Assembly (NCBI RefSeq): GCF_964188315.1 | Contig: NC_135656.1 | Coordinates: 81,530,001-81,594,000, forward strand | Reading direction: 5' to 3' | From: Podarcis muralis | Taxonomy: Eukaryota | Length of the DNA stretch: 64,000 bases | Part shown: positions 35,690 through 50,295 of the stretch, piece after piece | How the letters are laid out: each line of letters starts with the position of its first letter | Position numbering within the stretch: position 1 is the stretch's first letter | Program-made: the position numbers and the translations under genes | Notes under the pieces: generated by a model | Seen by the model: the letters and a program-made list of their open reading frames with translations, nothing else | What the model was told of the DNA's origin: nothing | Databases searched by the model: none

Positions 35690-38334
35690 GTTTTCAAAGG
35701 GTGCCTAAGGAAGTATTATTCATCATATTCCACTGCAAGCATCATATTCCACTACAAGTTAAAAATGGATTGATATTAAACATTGAGCAGGGGGACAGTA
35801 ACATAGACATGTTGCCTTGGTACACTGGTGAAGCTTCTGTCTTGGACTGCACATCTTAGTTGCATGTGTTTGAACACCTGTACCCGAAACAACCCCACAA
35901 ATTGTCCTATGGATACTGAAAGAACTCCTGAGGGACCTGAGGGACCAGTGCTGGTCAGGTCCAGCCCCACCACAGACATGCCCAGTGGCCACACACCCCT
36001 GCTGTCCATTCATTTGGCCAGATTGTGAAGTGGCTCTACACATGTACGCATGTGCTGCTCCTGCACAGGAGAGGGAAGCTATTTCAATGCATGTGATGTG
36101 CCTTTTGTGGGACTCAAAAAGGACAGGTTACCTGGCCTTAGGACAAAACTAAACAATGCATCCGTTTGCCTTCTCATTCTACAAAATGCAAATGAAGGAG
36201 GAGAAAGGGCACAGTTGTGCAGAGGAGCATTTTGTGTGGAGGAAAAAAGCGGCATAAGGGATTGTGGCTGGTGTGTAGGCTCATGTAAATGTCTACAGAA
36301 AAGCAGTGGCTACATTGCATCACAGTGGGCTTTATAGGCCTAATAAAGGCACCTCAGTTTGGGTCTCCATCTATTAGGGGAAAATATACTGAACACTGTA
36401 GTATCTCAAGATTGAACCTGTACTTAATATGATTGACTGAGGTTAGAAACATTATGACTTTGCAACAGCTGTGGGGAATGAGGTCATTCCTGCTTTCCAA
36501 ATAGAACAGAATGTCTCCCGATAGAGCAATCGGCCTGCTTTCCCCCAGGAAGTAGAAAACTCCTCTAATTAAGATGTATCTTAGGCACACTTGAAAGAAA
36601 AACACTTCCTAGGTGTTTCAAAGATAAAGAAATGTAACGTATTTCAGATGGTCAACCCTAGCCCAGTGAGGAGGTGCTTGTTTCTGCTGAAGGGGAATTC
36701 ATGCTAAAAATGCAGCTGATGAGCCTCTGAAGGAACCTCTGACACACAAATGAAAAAGCAATATGGAATATAAGCAAATGAATTCTCAGCATTAAGTTTT
36801 CTGCTGACTCTTTATCTTAAACATCCAGTTGTGTCACACTCAATTTTCCACTGGGCAAGGTCACTGGATAGTTAAGGGATGTGTCACAATGCACAGCTAG
36901 GTTGTTACATGACCTAAGGTGGGTTGCAGCAAAGAGAAGTCAGATGGGGTCATTCTGTAATGAAATCCTGTCAGATTGACATTATATGGCATCTCTTAAA
37001 AATAATGTGGTATCCTTCTGGAGTTGTTGCATGAGTTGAAAGTGGAGGACACTGCCTGAAATGTGGGGTTCTGCAGGGTTCTATCTTATATTCCATGCTA
37101 CTCAACATCTACATGAAACATCTGAGTGTGGTTATCCGGAGTTTTGGTGCACTATCATAAGTTTGCTGATGATATGCAATTCTTATTTCTCCTTTACATT
37201 GCAAGTAGGTGTGGTAGTGGACCACCCGCTGCCCAGCCATGGTAATGGACTGCATGGCGACCAACAAAATTAAGCTCAGTTCAGATAAAACAGAGACAGT
37301 GCCAATAGGTATGTTCCTCAGTTAGGGTGGGTGAGGCGCAACCTGTTAGATGGAGTTATAATCCCCCTGAAACAGAACAGTTTGGGTGTACTCTTACTTC
37401 CCATTGCCATTGGAGGCACAAGTGTCCTTTGTGGCACAAAGTGCTTCTTTATCAGCTTAGGCTGGTGGTCTGCTGCAATTGTACCTGGATAACTTAATAC
37501 TGCAGTTTCTAAGTGGTGTACCGTTGGACTACAAGAGGGATACCTAAAGAATATAGCATAAAATCAGTTGAAATTAAACAAAAACTCAGAGGAAGGTACC
37601 TAAAATGCCTGCTGAAATTTAAAAAAGAATTCACCAAGTTCCAGAGGCTCAGCATGAACACTAAAGTAAGGACACAAGAAACAAGCTGGAAGGCTACAAG
37701 TAAAGGTTAGTGTACCTCTTTATAGCCAGAGGAATTCTTATCAATAAATGAGATAAGATGTCTACTCTAGCTGGAAATGTTACAGTATGAAAAGAGAAGA
37801 TCAAAGTCCATTCTGTGTGCTAACAAAAAATGAACTGTGACACATATTTGGAAAAAGTCCTGAGCATATATAAGAAGGCAGGGTCTTACTTGCTGGTTAT
37901 TTCTCCACTGATGAAGATATAGCGTTGCAATTTATTTTTCATAAGGCTTAGCCCCTAAGTTGTACTGTAAGGTCATCGTTTCACTGAATGAAGCTTCCCT
38001 GGGGAAATATTATTTTAACTCCAGTTTGTCAGGCTTTCCTTTTTCAGTCATCAATATATAATCATTTACAAAGATAGATTTGCTAGCAGTGGAAGAAAAT
38101 AACAATTTTGTTACATAAGAGCCTGAAGTATCACTCTGAACATGATCGTGTAGCTATTTCATGAATGACGAATGACTGCAGTCTTCACAATCTGTTCAGT
38201 GTTTTTAAAGCATGAACACTGGATTTGTCTTTTTCTTTCATTCTTTAAAAGCTGAAACATTTACACAACATAGTGAAATGAGTAACGGTAGAAGTGAAAT
38301 TAACTTTCCATACCTATATATTCATACCATATAG

Positions 38335-38458
38335 CAGGCGGTTGGGGAACCTCTGGCCCTGCACATATTGTTGGTCCCTCACTAGTGGCCTTGTTGTCTG
38401 GGGCTGATGAGAGCTGGAGCACAACAACATCTGGAGTACCACAGGTTTCCCATCACTG
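38335..38458. mobile_element. Older palindromic hAT MITE
   Basis: Termini CAGGCGGTTGGGGAACC / GGTTTCCCATCACTG. TSD CCATATAG / ACATATAG (7 of 8). Confidence 0.7.
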
Positions 38459-41079
38459 ACATATAGCAATATATTTTCTTTCACTTGGAAGGTCCTAACT
38501 GTAGCTACCTATACATAACCAAACCTGAGAGGAAGGCTTGTGACCTTAGAAAGCAGATTTGCTCCTATTGGTAGCAGCCACTGTATGGATGCAGAGACAC
38601 CCAGAGCACAACGCTTCTCTGTCACAGATCTGTGTTTCCACCCTTCTCTTCTCTTGCCATGAGCTAAATCTCCTCCTTGCTGCCTCCTTAAGACTACTAG
38701 GCTCCCCAAGCCAACTGTCTAATGGGATCCATCTGATATAAACAATGAGCAAGTGGGAGAAGGAATGGCAAGATGACTACAAAGATTATTCCATTTGATG
38801 CTCACACTTGTACAATACGGATCTAGCCCAAGTGAAAGCAAAAGTGTCTCCTTCCAACAAGGAACAGAGTAGGAGGAGGGAGAAAGCAAGCAAATATAGG
38901 GGCAAGGTCATGCCAGTCATTTACACTGCAAGGTGATGCACAGCCATTTTGCGGCATTCAGAAGGAGGAATCCAGTGAATCACTGGTTTACACAGATATG
39001 GCTTCTGGATTTCGGCTGATATGGATTCTACAATGACTCAAGAATCAAAACACAATCTATTTGTTCCTGTACCTAACCACATTTTAACAAAGGGGCATAA
39101 AAAGCCATTATTGATAGTCGTTCTATAATGTTGGTACTTGCTTTTCTGGGAAAATAGTCGAATCCCAAGCACAGCTTTATTGGAAGCAAGATGTGACTGT
39201 TAGGATAAAATTTACATATGAGGCATAAACACTACTAGAAAATAGGAGACCAGAGCTGGGTACAAGTTAGGTGGCTATGCAGCTAAGCTGACATGAATAA
39301 ATGAATGTGCAGGATTACAGAAGGAAAAATGGTAGCTGGTGTCAATACGCTGATGCTTAAGTTGAAGGCCAGAGGCATCAAGTCCAAACAATTTGCAGTT
39401 TTAGTAAGAATTACTTTAGTTTGCATTCCTAGTCAAATATGGGCAGTGGAGTTTAAGGTTCCACTTGTGCTCTGATCTCAAATATGCAATAATGGAAACA
39501 ATCTGAGACATAATTTTGTCAGTCAGCAACAAGCTTTGTAAGAGCTTTCTCCTCTGAAGCCTGTACAATAAATCTAACATCAGCCAGAAACAGCTTAAGA
39601 GATTGCCCAGGAACTAAAATGCAACATGTATAAACTAATGCAAGTAACAACTCATGTTCAGTTTTTGCTTACAATTTAATACTGCTTCTAGACCAGACAT
39701 AGGAAAGATCAATAAATTAATAGAACAAAAAGTGTCCTGTATTCCCCCCCCCCCTTAGCGCAGCACTGCACTTTTTCTCGAGATCCTCGCCCACGATTGT
39801 GTATCTTACATATCCATGTAAATGGAAGACATAAAATACATGTCAAACATACAAAAGAGTAAGTTATTAAGTAGGAATAGACACTAAATTTTACTGGAAG
39901 TCAACAGATAAACATACTGTTTCTACCACTGTCTAAGTACACAATGCATAATTCAAAGGAATTAAAGTTTACATCTTTTTGCCATATCTTTCCCCCATGG
40001 CAGCCACACGTATTAATGCTTGATATTGTTACCAAGTTATGTAAACTCTACAAAAACTTTTTACAAAATAAAATAAAAATTAATTGAGTTTGACTAGCTT
40101 CCAAAAGAAAAATAATTAAATTTAGATTTGATACTATAACTAGGATTTTTTTCTGTCGTAGTTTATGTTCTAATGATACTATCCATTTAAGCCTATTTAC
40201 TGTTACTCAGGTATAACCTAGTAATGTCACAGGCTCCTGTGAACTTCTCTTACTGAAGATCTGAAGGCATTTTATCTGGAGTATGATGTAAAGAGTAACT
40301 TATATATGTTGCGAATGATAACTTGCCAGTTTCTCAGAGCCCTGATCAAACTAGTAACAGGAGGAGTAGAGCATTCTGCAGATACTGGGCATTAAGCTGA
40401 TTCAATAGAGTAAGCACCTTACAAGTGTACAGGCAGTGATTTGCGAAAGAATATTGCAGTACAGCATCCCTCTTGTGCTGTTATTTTAAAAATTCTTCCT
40501 TATCACAAATTTTGAAATGCAGTATCAATTTTTTCATCATTTTGCTTCTTAGACCACCCCTTAATTCTTCAACTTCTTGGCACTACAGAAAATATTGCTA
40601 GCAGTAATCAGAACGTTCATTGCCTGTTTAGGGTTCATTGCCTGTTTTGCCATAGTATTGAGCTTCTCCATGTGACTGGAAACCTGATGCAAGAGATTAC
40701 ATGTGTAGGATCCCAAAATCCAGGTTAGAAAGAGTCTGCCTCTGACCTTCTGTTCCTAAGTACAGAACAACCACAAAGTGACAGAATCCTTCATAACATG
40801 AATATGATCCATTTAGAGAAGTCGAGAAACGCACCAATGAGAATTCCTCCTGATTTAAAAACTTCAAAGTCCAGCATCAGATAAAATAAATATTTAAAAC
40901 ATTTGCCTATCACCCTTCCTCCAATAAACTCTTTATTCATGAGCTCTTCAATATGGAGACCACCAAAGGCTCATATATTTAATGAGCATGTGAGTTTTGC
41001 CTGCACAAGACTAATGCCCTTCAATATTTTTTTATGATGTTTCTATGATGCAATGGCTTATTTTGTGGATTTTATCAAG

Positions 41080-41081
<2 letters not shown>

Positions 41082-41125
<44 letters not shown>
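41082..41125. repeat. (TA)n microsatellite
   Basis: Direct reading. Confidence 0.97.
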
Positions 41126-41127
<2 letters not shown>

Positions 41128-44100
41128 GGACCCTTAGAATGCTTTTACCTTTCATTGGGGGCATGTGCCAGGAGAGTGCTAAAAGCTTCTGATCTCTCTT
41201 CTGTAGAAACATCAGCTCTCTTCCTCAAGTATCTAGGGTGTAGGGTGACTCCAACTATTTTTTATTATTATTAAATAGCCCCTTCAGCATCCTGAGAATA
41301 CCACTTAGATGGAAAGGAAGGGAGGTCAGAATCTGAGTTCTTTTGAACTGATTGATTTCCCAAATGAGCACTGGAATATTTAGTACCTATTTCCCTGGTG
41401 CTTAAATATGAGATTTGGCAATTTATTTCTGATTCTTCATCATCATCATTATCTACTGCTTACAATGTGGTAATGTTTGCTTCTCCCAGGATTACTCTTA
41501 GAAACATTCAGAAACTTCAAGTAATAAAACCCTCATCCAGGCCTTTACAAAGAGTGACATTATTGGACTCTGGGTTATTATTCTTTTCCTGCTGCCCTGG
41601 AACATTGCCCATTTTTCTAAAAGGTCATGCAACTTTCTCTTGTACATATATATCCTGACGGTTTTAAAATATTACCTCAGATGTTACATTTCTGCTAGAC
41701 ATGTTGACAGCCAAAGAGAACAATTATTTGCAGATTCACAATTAAATTTTGCATTTCTCCCCCTTTCCTAAGCTGAAAAACAATGCTTTCTTTGCAGAGG
41801 TATGCCAGAAACTCCCCTGTATGTTTTTACCAACATTTACAAACATATTACTTTTCAAGAAACCCGTTCTGACAAGGCACTTGTAAAAATCTAAAAAATA
41901 AAGATATTTTTATTCCTACATCTCCTGGCTGGCATAAGGCAAGAGTGGTCAAGCTGCTTGGTGCTTGGACACATTTGCAAACAGGATAAGCTGTCACAGG
42001 CTCTACATACCAAACACACAACACAACACAACCTATTTTGCTGGCCATGACAAGAGTGCTTCTTTTAAGTCTAATTTTTTTGGGGGGGAAGGGGGCACCA
42101 GCGAAGGTCTCTCTGGGCACAAGTGTACCCATGGGCACCACAATGGTGACCCCAAGTAAGAGATTCAGAGCAGTGCTCTTTACATGGCTCCCAATCGATA
42201 TTGTTACAAGTTCAACTCTTAATCAACCAAATCTAATTTTTTAAAAGGCATTTGTTTAAAAAGAAAAAAAGAAAATTCCTGTTCGTGGTTTATTTGTATG
42301 TTTTCAACTGCCAATATTATTTCACTTATAATGAAACTGTGCAGGAATCCATTTATAAATATTACATAGAATTTTGCTTTTGTGTATGCTAAGCTTAAAA
42401 TGTCATGAAATACTTGCTCCTTCGAGCAGCTTATTCTCAGACTAGGCTATCTGATTTTGCTAGTCACAATATGGTCTAATAATACCAGTTTCACTGATGT
42501 GTTAGCTGAATTTAGCAGTGATAACTGAAACCTCTAAAATATTGGAATTCAGATTGTGTTGTGGACCCAGTAGTTGCAGAGCTTTAGGACAGTCTAGCAA
42601 TCTCTTCTTGAACATGAAAATTATATATAATGAGTAGTTTCCTGAGTGGAAGATTGGTTGACAGAGCTATTTCTCCATTATAAGAAGTTATTTTAGTGAA
42701 TTATATAAGTGAAATATAATTGCTAAAAAATAGAAACCATACAGCATGCTGTGGTAGTTTGTTTACTTACATATTATACATATAATCCAACTAAAGTCAG
42801 GCATTTTTACACTCCATTGATTTCACCAGGAGTTGTGCTTAACTTTCTCACTTGGAAACAACAGGACCAAAACATGCCTGAATTTGGCAGTTGTGTCCGA
42901 TGTCAGCATCATGCATTATGCAAACCCTTTATCTTATCATTCACCTTTATATGTGATAATCCTCACACTAATGTGCTCTCTAGATGTGTGAGTAGGTCAC
43001 GGAAACAAATGTCTGGCTTTCATAAAGTTCCATAGCTACAACAATTTTGCCTTTGTTGTTGGTATCATTTAAGATGATTCGTTTGAGCCGCAAGATTTAT
43101 ACAAAGAATGCAGCTGAACTGTGAAAACTGGGGAGGTGGGAGGGGGAGGAGAAAATAAACAGGAAACTTAAACACAGCCATATGGTCTAACTGAATCTTT
43201 TAACTTGCTCATAAATAAACGGTTGGAATAACTTCCTTTGCTTATTAGCTAATTAAGCCCTTCTAGCATGGACTACAATGGCCATAATAAAGCTGTTTTG
43301 CCATAACCTCCAGGCTTCTTCCATTAAGACTCCTGCTCCACACCATCTTACTATAAGGTATGCAACCTCTTTGCCAGCGTCTGTGAAACTCCACCTCCAA
43401 ATGACAAAAGCTGCAAGGGAAACAAAAACTAACTCTTCAATTTTAAACTCAGTGTTTAGAATAGAGAAGATAAGGGGTTTTCTTCTTACACAAATAACCA
43501 AATATAGTCATTTGTCTGTATCATCTCCAATTAAGTATAATTACTTCTACCAGTTTTCATCATTGCACAAGATGCAGAGTAAACACTGCTAATTGTTCTA
43601 TTAAGATCTACCTTTGAGAGAGGGCTTTGCCATTTCTCCGTTCTTTCTTCCTCTTCCCTTTTCTACGTAGTTTGTTTTTTATTGTGCTGTATGATGAAAC
43701 GTTTCAATAAAATTTATGGGGGTGGGTGGGATCCATATGTCGTGGGAAGAAAACTACCATCAATCCCAGCCAGCATGTGCAAGGTTCAGAGTTGTGGGAA
43801 TTGTAGTTCCACAGCATCCAGAGGGCATCACATTGGTTGCTCTTAACATGCAGATTGTTATCAACTGCCAAGGTGGAACTAGCAAGACACTGAAAATCCA
43901 GGGTTGGTTACTTGATCCAAAGATGGTTTACCAGGTAACTTGCCCTGGTATTATGATTAATTACCAACCCTTCATCCTAAGGTCCCAGTGCAATTTCTAC
44001 TCAGAAGTCACTACCGCCTGGTAGGTGTGCATACGGGGCTGCATCCAAAGAATTTAGATATCCAAAAATTCACTTTATCATGAAAATATTGGCTGAAAAG

Positions 44101-46112
44101 CCTCACTTCACAGAAGTATGTTTATCCCCTGTAACAGTGCCACAAAATGTTCAAATCAGCAATTAACGTCCGGATCCTGAGACGTTTGTGAATGACAGAT
44201 TAATTTGTAAATGAATGTGGAAATTTTGTGCACAGGGAAGTTCCAAGTGTTTATCAGAGCCCCCATTCACTGCTTCATTAAGATACAGAAACGTACAACA
44301 CAGTATATTACACATACAATAGAAGGTACACATTTTTGTGTGTAAGATTTTAGAGGCACCGCTTCAAAAGAAGATACCAGTATCAAGTCACTTCGGAAAA
44401 TTTGATTAGAAGTCTACACATGTAAAACCAGTGGGGGAAAACATTCCAGTTTTGTGTATTTTGCTCCCACATTTTCATTTTTGTTACATCCCTGCTCCCA
44501 AAGAGGAGAAGCGGGGAAAGAGGAGGAAATTGGCTTCATTGTGCCATTATAATTAATGTTTGTTTATATCACAGACTTATGTCACTATATGAAACACCTC
44601 TCCCAGCACAGCGCTGCATCTTAGCAAATTTAAACCAGCTAATTTTGGTGGGGTGGGGGTTGTATTTGTTTTTTTTAAAAAAATTATTCCATACATTTAA
44701 TATAGACACATTTGAAGTGTTTTCAAATAAACACTACTCAGGGCAGGAACTGCCAAAGGCACATATTTTTCTTTCAATGTTCCCGGGAAGTGGTTTGTTA
44801 GGCTATTGTTCTCAATGAAAAACTCATGTGTTTGTTCAGCACAATATGGGTCGTTGCTTTGAGTGAAAGATTCCCTTGACATGGCAAAACCTTCAATTGA
44901 AACAAGTCTTTGCCAAGTATATTTTAACCAGATGCAGCACAGCTTTGATTAGCGGCCACTGGATTCCATGTCGGACAGATAATGATGGTTTTGCTTCCCT
45001 TTAGTGAGGAAACATCCCCAGCTTTTAATCAAGAAATACACATACCTATGAAGAGATACGCACAGAGCGCACCAAACAACTAATTTAAAACTGCAGTTCA
45101 TGTCAACTTGCCTGACCTCTGACTGTTTAATCTTAACAGGACATATGCAATATCAACTAAAAATAAGCGTAATAAAATATTTATTTTGGCAGATACAGTA
45201 TAGACATTGTAGAGGGACATGTGGTGCGTGGAAATTTTCTACCACACATATAGAGAGCAGAGAGGGCTCCAAATGAATTCCTGATTTCCCTCTTGTGGGA
45301 AAGCATCTATTGGATAATGATAATATTAAAATGGCAAAGACACGTGCCATTTTGGAATGCTGTTCCAGTTCTTCTGATTTGTGCCTGGGGGGACATGGGG
45401 AAGCTTGCCATTTATTGCATATAAGAGGGAATCAGAGTCGGCATGTAGCAGTAGAATTGCAGCAGAGTATTTCTTATTGACATTTCTGTACATGATCACT
45501 AGATCTATATAAAAACTAAGCATTTTAATTTTTATAATTCTCACATATAATTCTGGTAGCGTCATTATTATAACCCTACAAACAGTGGCTATGATTCCGT
45601 TCAAATTAAGCAACGGTATGCTTTGCATTTCAACAGACAAGGAAAATCATCACGCATCCCACAGAGACCAAGTGCCGTTTTAGAAGTTTAATTTTAGCTG
45701 AGATTGCTCCAATTGCTTTCAAATGGCTGAATCTAGAATGCAGTCCTGTCATCAGGAGCATCCCCTGGGCAGAGTGCCACTCAAGGAATGCTCTCACCAA
45801 TGGAAGGACTGAGGCAACGTCTGCAGATTTCCCTCCACCCCTTGCAGCCCTCAGTGCCACCCATTACACAGTTCTATGTAGCAAAGGACTTCAGCAGCAG
45901 CAGCAGCAGCAGGAGATATTGGCACCTCCCTCCCTCCATCAGCAGGATCACTTTGCTGGATCAAACAACCCTTTTATGGATGAAATGAGTCTTTCCAACA
46001 TTAGAATGCCAAGTCTGACTCTGTCCCATGGTGTTTTGCCCTCTACAGTAAAATGGAACCAAAGGGGGGGAAGTGAGCACAGAGAGAAATCTTGTTAGAG
46101 AAATCTTAAGTA

Positions 46113-46338
46113 CAGTGGTACCTCGGGTTACATACGCTTCAGGTTACAGACTCTGCTAACCTAGAAATAGTACCTCAGGTTAAGAACTTTGCTTCAGGAT
46201 GAGAACAGAAATCGTGCTCCGGTGGGGCGGTGGCAGCTGGAGGCCCCATTAGCTAAAGTGGTGCTTCAGGTTAAGAACAGTTTCAGGCTAAGAATGGACC
46301 TCTGGAACAAATTAAGTACTTAACCCGAGGTACCACTG
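46113..46338. mobile_element. Tigger/pogo-like MITE, 226 bp
   Basis: TA on both sides. Perfect TIR CAGTGGTACCTCGGGTTA / TAACCCGAGGTACCACTG. Subterminal TCAGGTTAAGAAC repeats. Confidence 0.92.
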
Positions 46339-48546
46339 TATTTAAACATCAATTCTGAAAACCATTGAGGCGCAATTGATGTGTAAGGGTTTAGTTCTGG
46401 GAATCAGAGATGGTCTGGCAACTTAACTATACATTTTTCGGAGAAAGCTAAGGAGGCATCTCTTTAGCCTGGCCTTTGACACCTGAGATGTATATTTTAT
46501 ATTGCTCTAACCACCTTGGGACCTTAGGATGAAGGACAGATAAAAAAATTAAGAAATAAATAATATATTTTACCAAAAGCCAGTAGGTGTATAGTGATTA
46601 GAGCCCAGGAAGATCTTTGTTCAAATCTGTATTCAGTCATGAATATCACTAGGTGACTCTGCGCCAGCTTCACCTATGGATAAAATGCAGGCGGAGAGGA
46701 CTATGTAAGCCTCCTTGAGCTTCTTGTCATAAGTAAATTGAGAAAACCACCATGAATACAGCATTTCCCCTCTAATCACATGCCAAACCTCTAAACAGCT
46801 TTATGAACATGAGGGGAATTAAAAAGCAATTTGAGAATTTTGTAGGGCCAGCTTCTGTAAAAGTGACTGTGGAAAACAATTGAATGCACAAAGGACTCTG
46901 GATCAGGGCTATACAAGAGAATTACACTCAACAATTGAAGGAAGAATACTATATTTTCTATATATACTTATCTTTTTTGAATAGTAAATACACACATTCT
47001 TTCCATGGGAATACATGGCTTTCTCTGTATTAAATAAAAAATTAAATAAAAAGGACCCAAGTCAATCAAAGTTAAATAATCGTTCAAGTTGGTTTGATTT
47101 CTATGGCACAGATTTTAAGCATATTGGTGGATTTCTCTTTTAAAAACATCCGCATGACAAGAGAACAAAAGGATTAACTCACATATGAGTCAACAGCATA
47201 AGGCTAATAGTAATATTTCTACTTGCAATTGTGGTGAACAGGAAAATTGAAAATGTGTCGCTTTAGATTCCCCACTATTTTATTGAAAAGCAAGGCAGGG
47301 AAATATGAACTGAATTGTCACTGTTCCAGACAAAAAGAAGGAATCTCTAGTTACAAGTATGGACTTTACCACCAGGAAAACAGGTGTAAGAAGTAAAGGC
47401 GGTAATGCAGTTCGTTCAAAGTCATATTGTTCTAAACGAAAAAGAGCTCTTTGGATTGTTTACTTAGCAAAATGAAAAGATCTATGCTTTGAGTGCGGCT
47501 TTTTTCCATGTTCACATTATGTATGTTTGGGTCTGTCATGGAAATGCAAACTGTAGCTGCAGTGCAGACAATAACAAACATGACCAGTCTCCTAAAACGT
47601 CTGGGAAGTGAGATCTATGATTAGGTGAGAGGCAGTCACAGGCAACCCAGCCTTGAAAGGGATGGAGCTTGTGCTGATGGAAAATCGAGGATCAGAGGCA
47701 TAGTCGGTAAACAGATAAAAGTAAAAGATAAAATACAACTGCCACAAAGTTTAATTAATTTCAACTTCATATATTTCTCTGAAAAAAAGGTTGCACATTC
47801 CTTTGAATGGGTGGGGACTAATTAAACCAGAAACAAATTAGGGCCATTGTTCAATGGGGCTTATTTTTAAAAAGATACCTCAATGTTACTAAAAGGCTAT
47901 AAAAAAAAGGTGCACAATACATAAATAGTTAATATTTTGTGCCAATGACTAATTTAAATAGGGCTCTGGTGTTACATCACTGGGAGATCTTGAAGCAGAG
48001 ACAACTTATATCTTGGCCAATTTCTGCTGAAGGAAACTTCACTTGCAGTATTATACATTTGTCAATGATGTAAAAGTTTACTTTGGTCATGGGTTGGTAA
48101 CCCAATAAATATATTTACTGCAAGAGTATTAATCTACAGAACCTTTCAGAGAACATGTGCTATGCACTATGCTTAAAGAACTCCTCTGCTAGGCTCCTGG
48201 TTTGTATTTTCATTGGTTAATTATCACAATCATTATTAATATAAAGTTTTCACTGAATTGATACCCCGCCTTTGGACTGTGAAGGCATAATTTAGAAATG
48301 GTGATTTTATTCCAGCTGAAGTACAAGAAACCATTGAACAAATTAGATAGATACTAGTAACTGCAGTTCTGCTGATGAAAGGAACTTTTTCAAACCTGTA
48401 TCTGCCACTGAATGTGCAATCAGTAGGAAGACAAAACCTAAAAAATGGGATGGAATTCAACATTGTGTTCCTCCAATTGTTCTGTTTGCATAAGCATTTA
48501 GCTTGTGTTGGAATGATGCCCCCCTTTGTGTTGTTCTAGGGGTTCT

Positions 48547-48547
<1 letters not shown>

Positions 48548-48592
<45 letters not shown>
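48548..48592. repeat. (CA)n microsatellite
   Basis: Direct reading. Confidence 0.97.
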
Positions 48593-48593
<1 letters not shown>

Positions 48594-50295
48594 AATTTCA
48601 TGGAGTGCAGAGGACGGGGACACACCACTGCGCAATGGAAGTCCTTGTGCCTGGCTTCTGCTGACGGAGCTGCTTAGGTGAATGCCATCTATATGAAGCT
48701 GACTTGTGCTCCAGAAATAAACATTAAAGCAGGGGTTGTAAACTTGTGGCCCTCTGTACTACAACTTCCATCAGTCCCAGCCAGCAAAACCAAAGCTTAA
48801 GGATGATGGCAGTTGTAGAATCTACCCACCCCTACATTAGAATCTAATGTGAGATATGACAGTCTATTCATAATCCAATTAGCAACTTGGTTTTCAATCC
48901 TTCCCCTCACTTCCTCAAAGAAAATCCCATTGAATTCAATAGGGCTGACTTCTGAGTAGATATGGATAGGACTTTGCAAGTCTCTAAGGCAAAATAGCAG
49001 GTTATGGAGCTCTCATTTCCTTAGACCACTCCCATCAATACACTCATGTATGGATACCCTATTTTCATTTGCCACACAAATCGCATTCACAGGGACTATT
49101 TGTTCAGACCTTCTCAAGAATCAATGACCTTCTTCCCATTTCTATATATGACCGTCTGTATAATCTCCAAAAGAAGGGCTGTTGGAGAACTCTCATGTGC
49201 AAAGCAGGTATAATCCACTCATGGGATTCACCCCTCTTCTACAATATCCTGAGGCAAACAGCTAATGCTGTCACAGAGGATTATACAGCTTTTGCTTTAT
49301 TTTGGGGTTACTGGAAAGCCGAGGATGTTGGTGCCCCAGTCACTCCAGTTCACAAGCTGCCGATACTTGTAGCAGAATTAAGCACAATTGAACCTCAGTG
49401 TAAACTAGACCACCTTTTGCATTAGCCCCTGAGACCATCTGACCTTCAAGGCCAGAACTGTCCTGAGACCGTATGACCTGCAAAGTCAGAACTGTCCAGC
49501 ACAATGCTATGCAGTGCTGGGTTGGCTATGATCCCCAAGGAAAACATTCTCTCTGGGAACGGAAATGGCTCTTGTCCTGTGCCCCAAGGATAAAGAGACA
49601 TCAGTCTTGTTAAATCACTGTGGGAAGAGAGTTCTATAATCACGCACCCTGCACTAAGAATATCCTGCAACCAGATGTGTAAATCAAGGGCTTGCACCAG
49701 CAAACCAGATGATGCCAATTGCTGAGATAGTACAGTTCTGCCTTTGTTGCTTGAATAGAGCTATTGTCTCATTCAGTGATTGCTGTCAGTTTATTAATGC
49801 AACTTTGTGTTTCTTAGTACGAAGCCTAGGCTTGCTCTTCTAAAACTGCTAGGGAAGTGGGGAAATGGTTTTAATTAATTTGATTGTGATGTTAGTGCAC
49901 ATCTACAAGTAATATAAAGATGTCATACACAAGGGTTGGAAAACACAGGAGGGGGTTGTTTTTACAAGTAACTGTTTGGCATGTGGCAACTACTGAAAGG
50001 GGAGCATCATGTTCAGGCGTTCAGCCAACATGTTTCGAACAACCAGGGGAGTGTACAAGATCATTTTGCAGTCTGGTTCCCTCCCTGGGGCAGCAAAATT
50101 TGGTTGAAGAAAGGTGATCATTTGAACAACTGGCCAAGGAGAAACCACTAGCATACCTGTCCACTGTTTTGCAATCTGAAGCCTTATGGACATGTGGGTG
50201 GTAGTTTGGCACCTATCCATGTGGTTCTGTGAGAATAAATAAAGGGATTAAGTCTGTACTCAATCAGCCTGGGAGACTCAAGTCAAGGCAAACAC

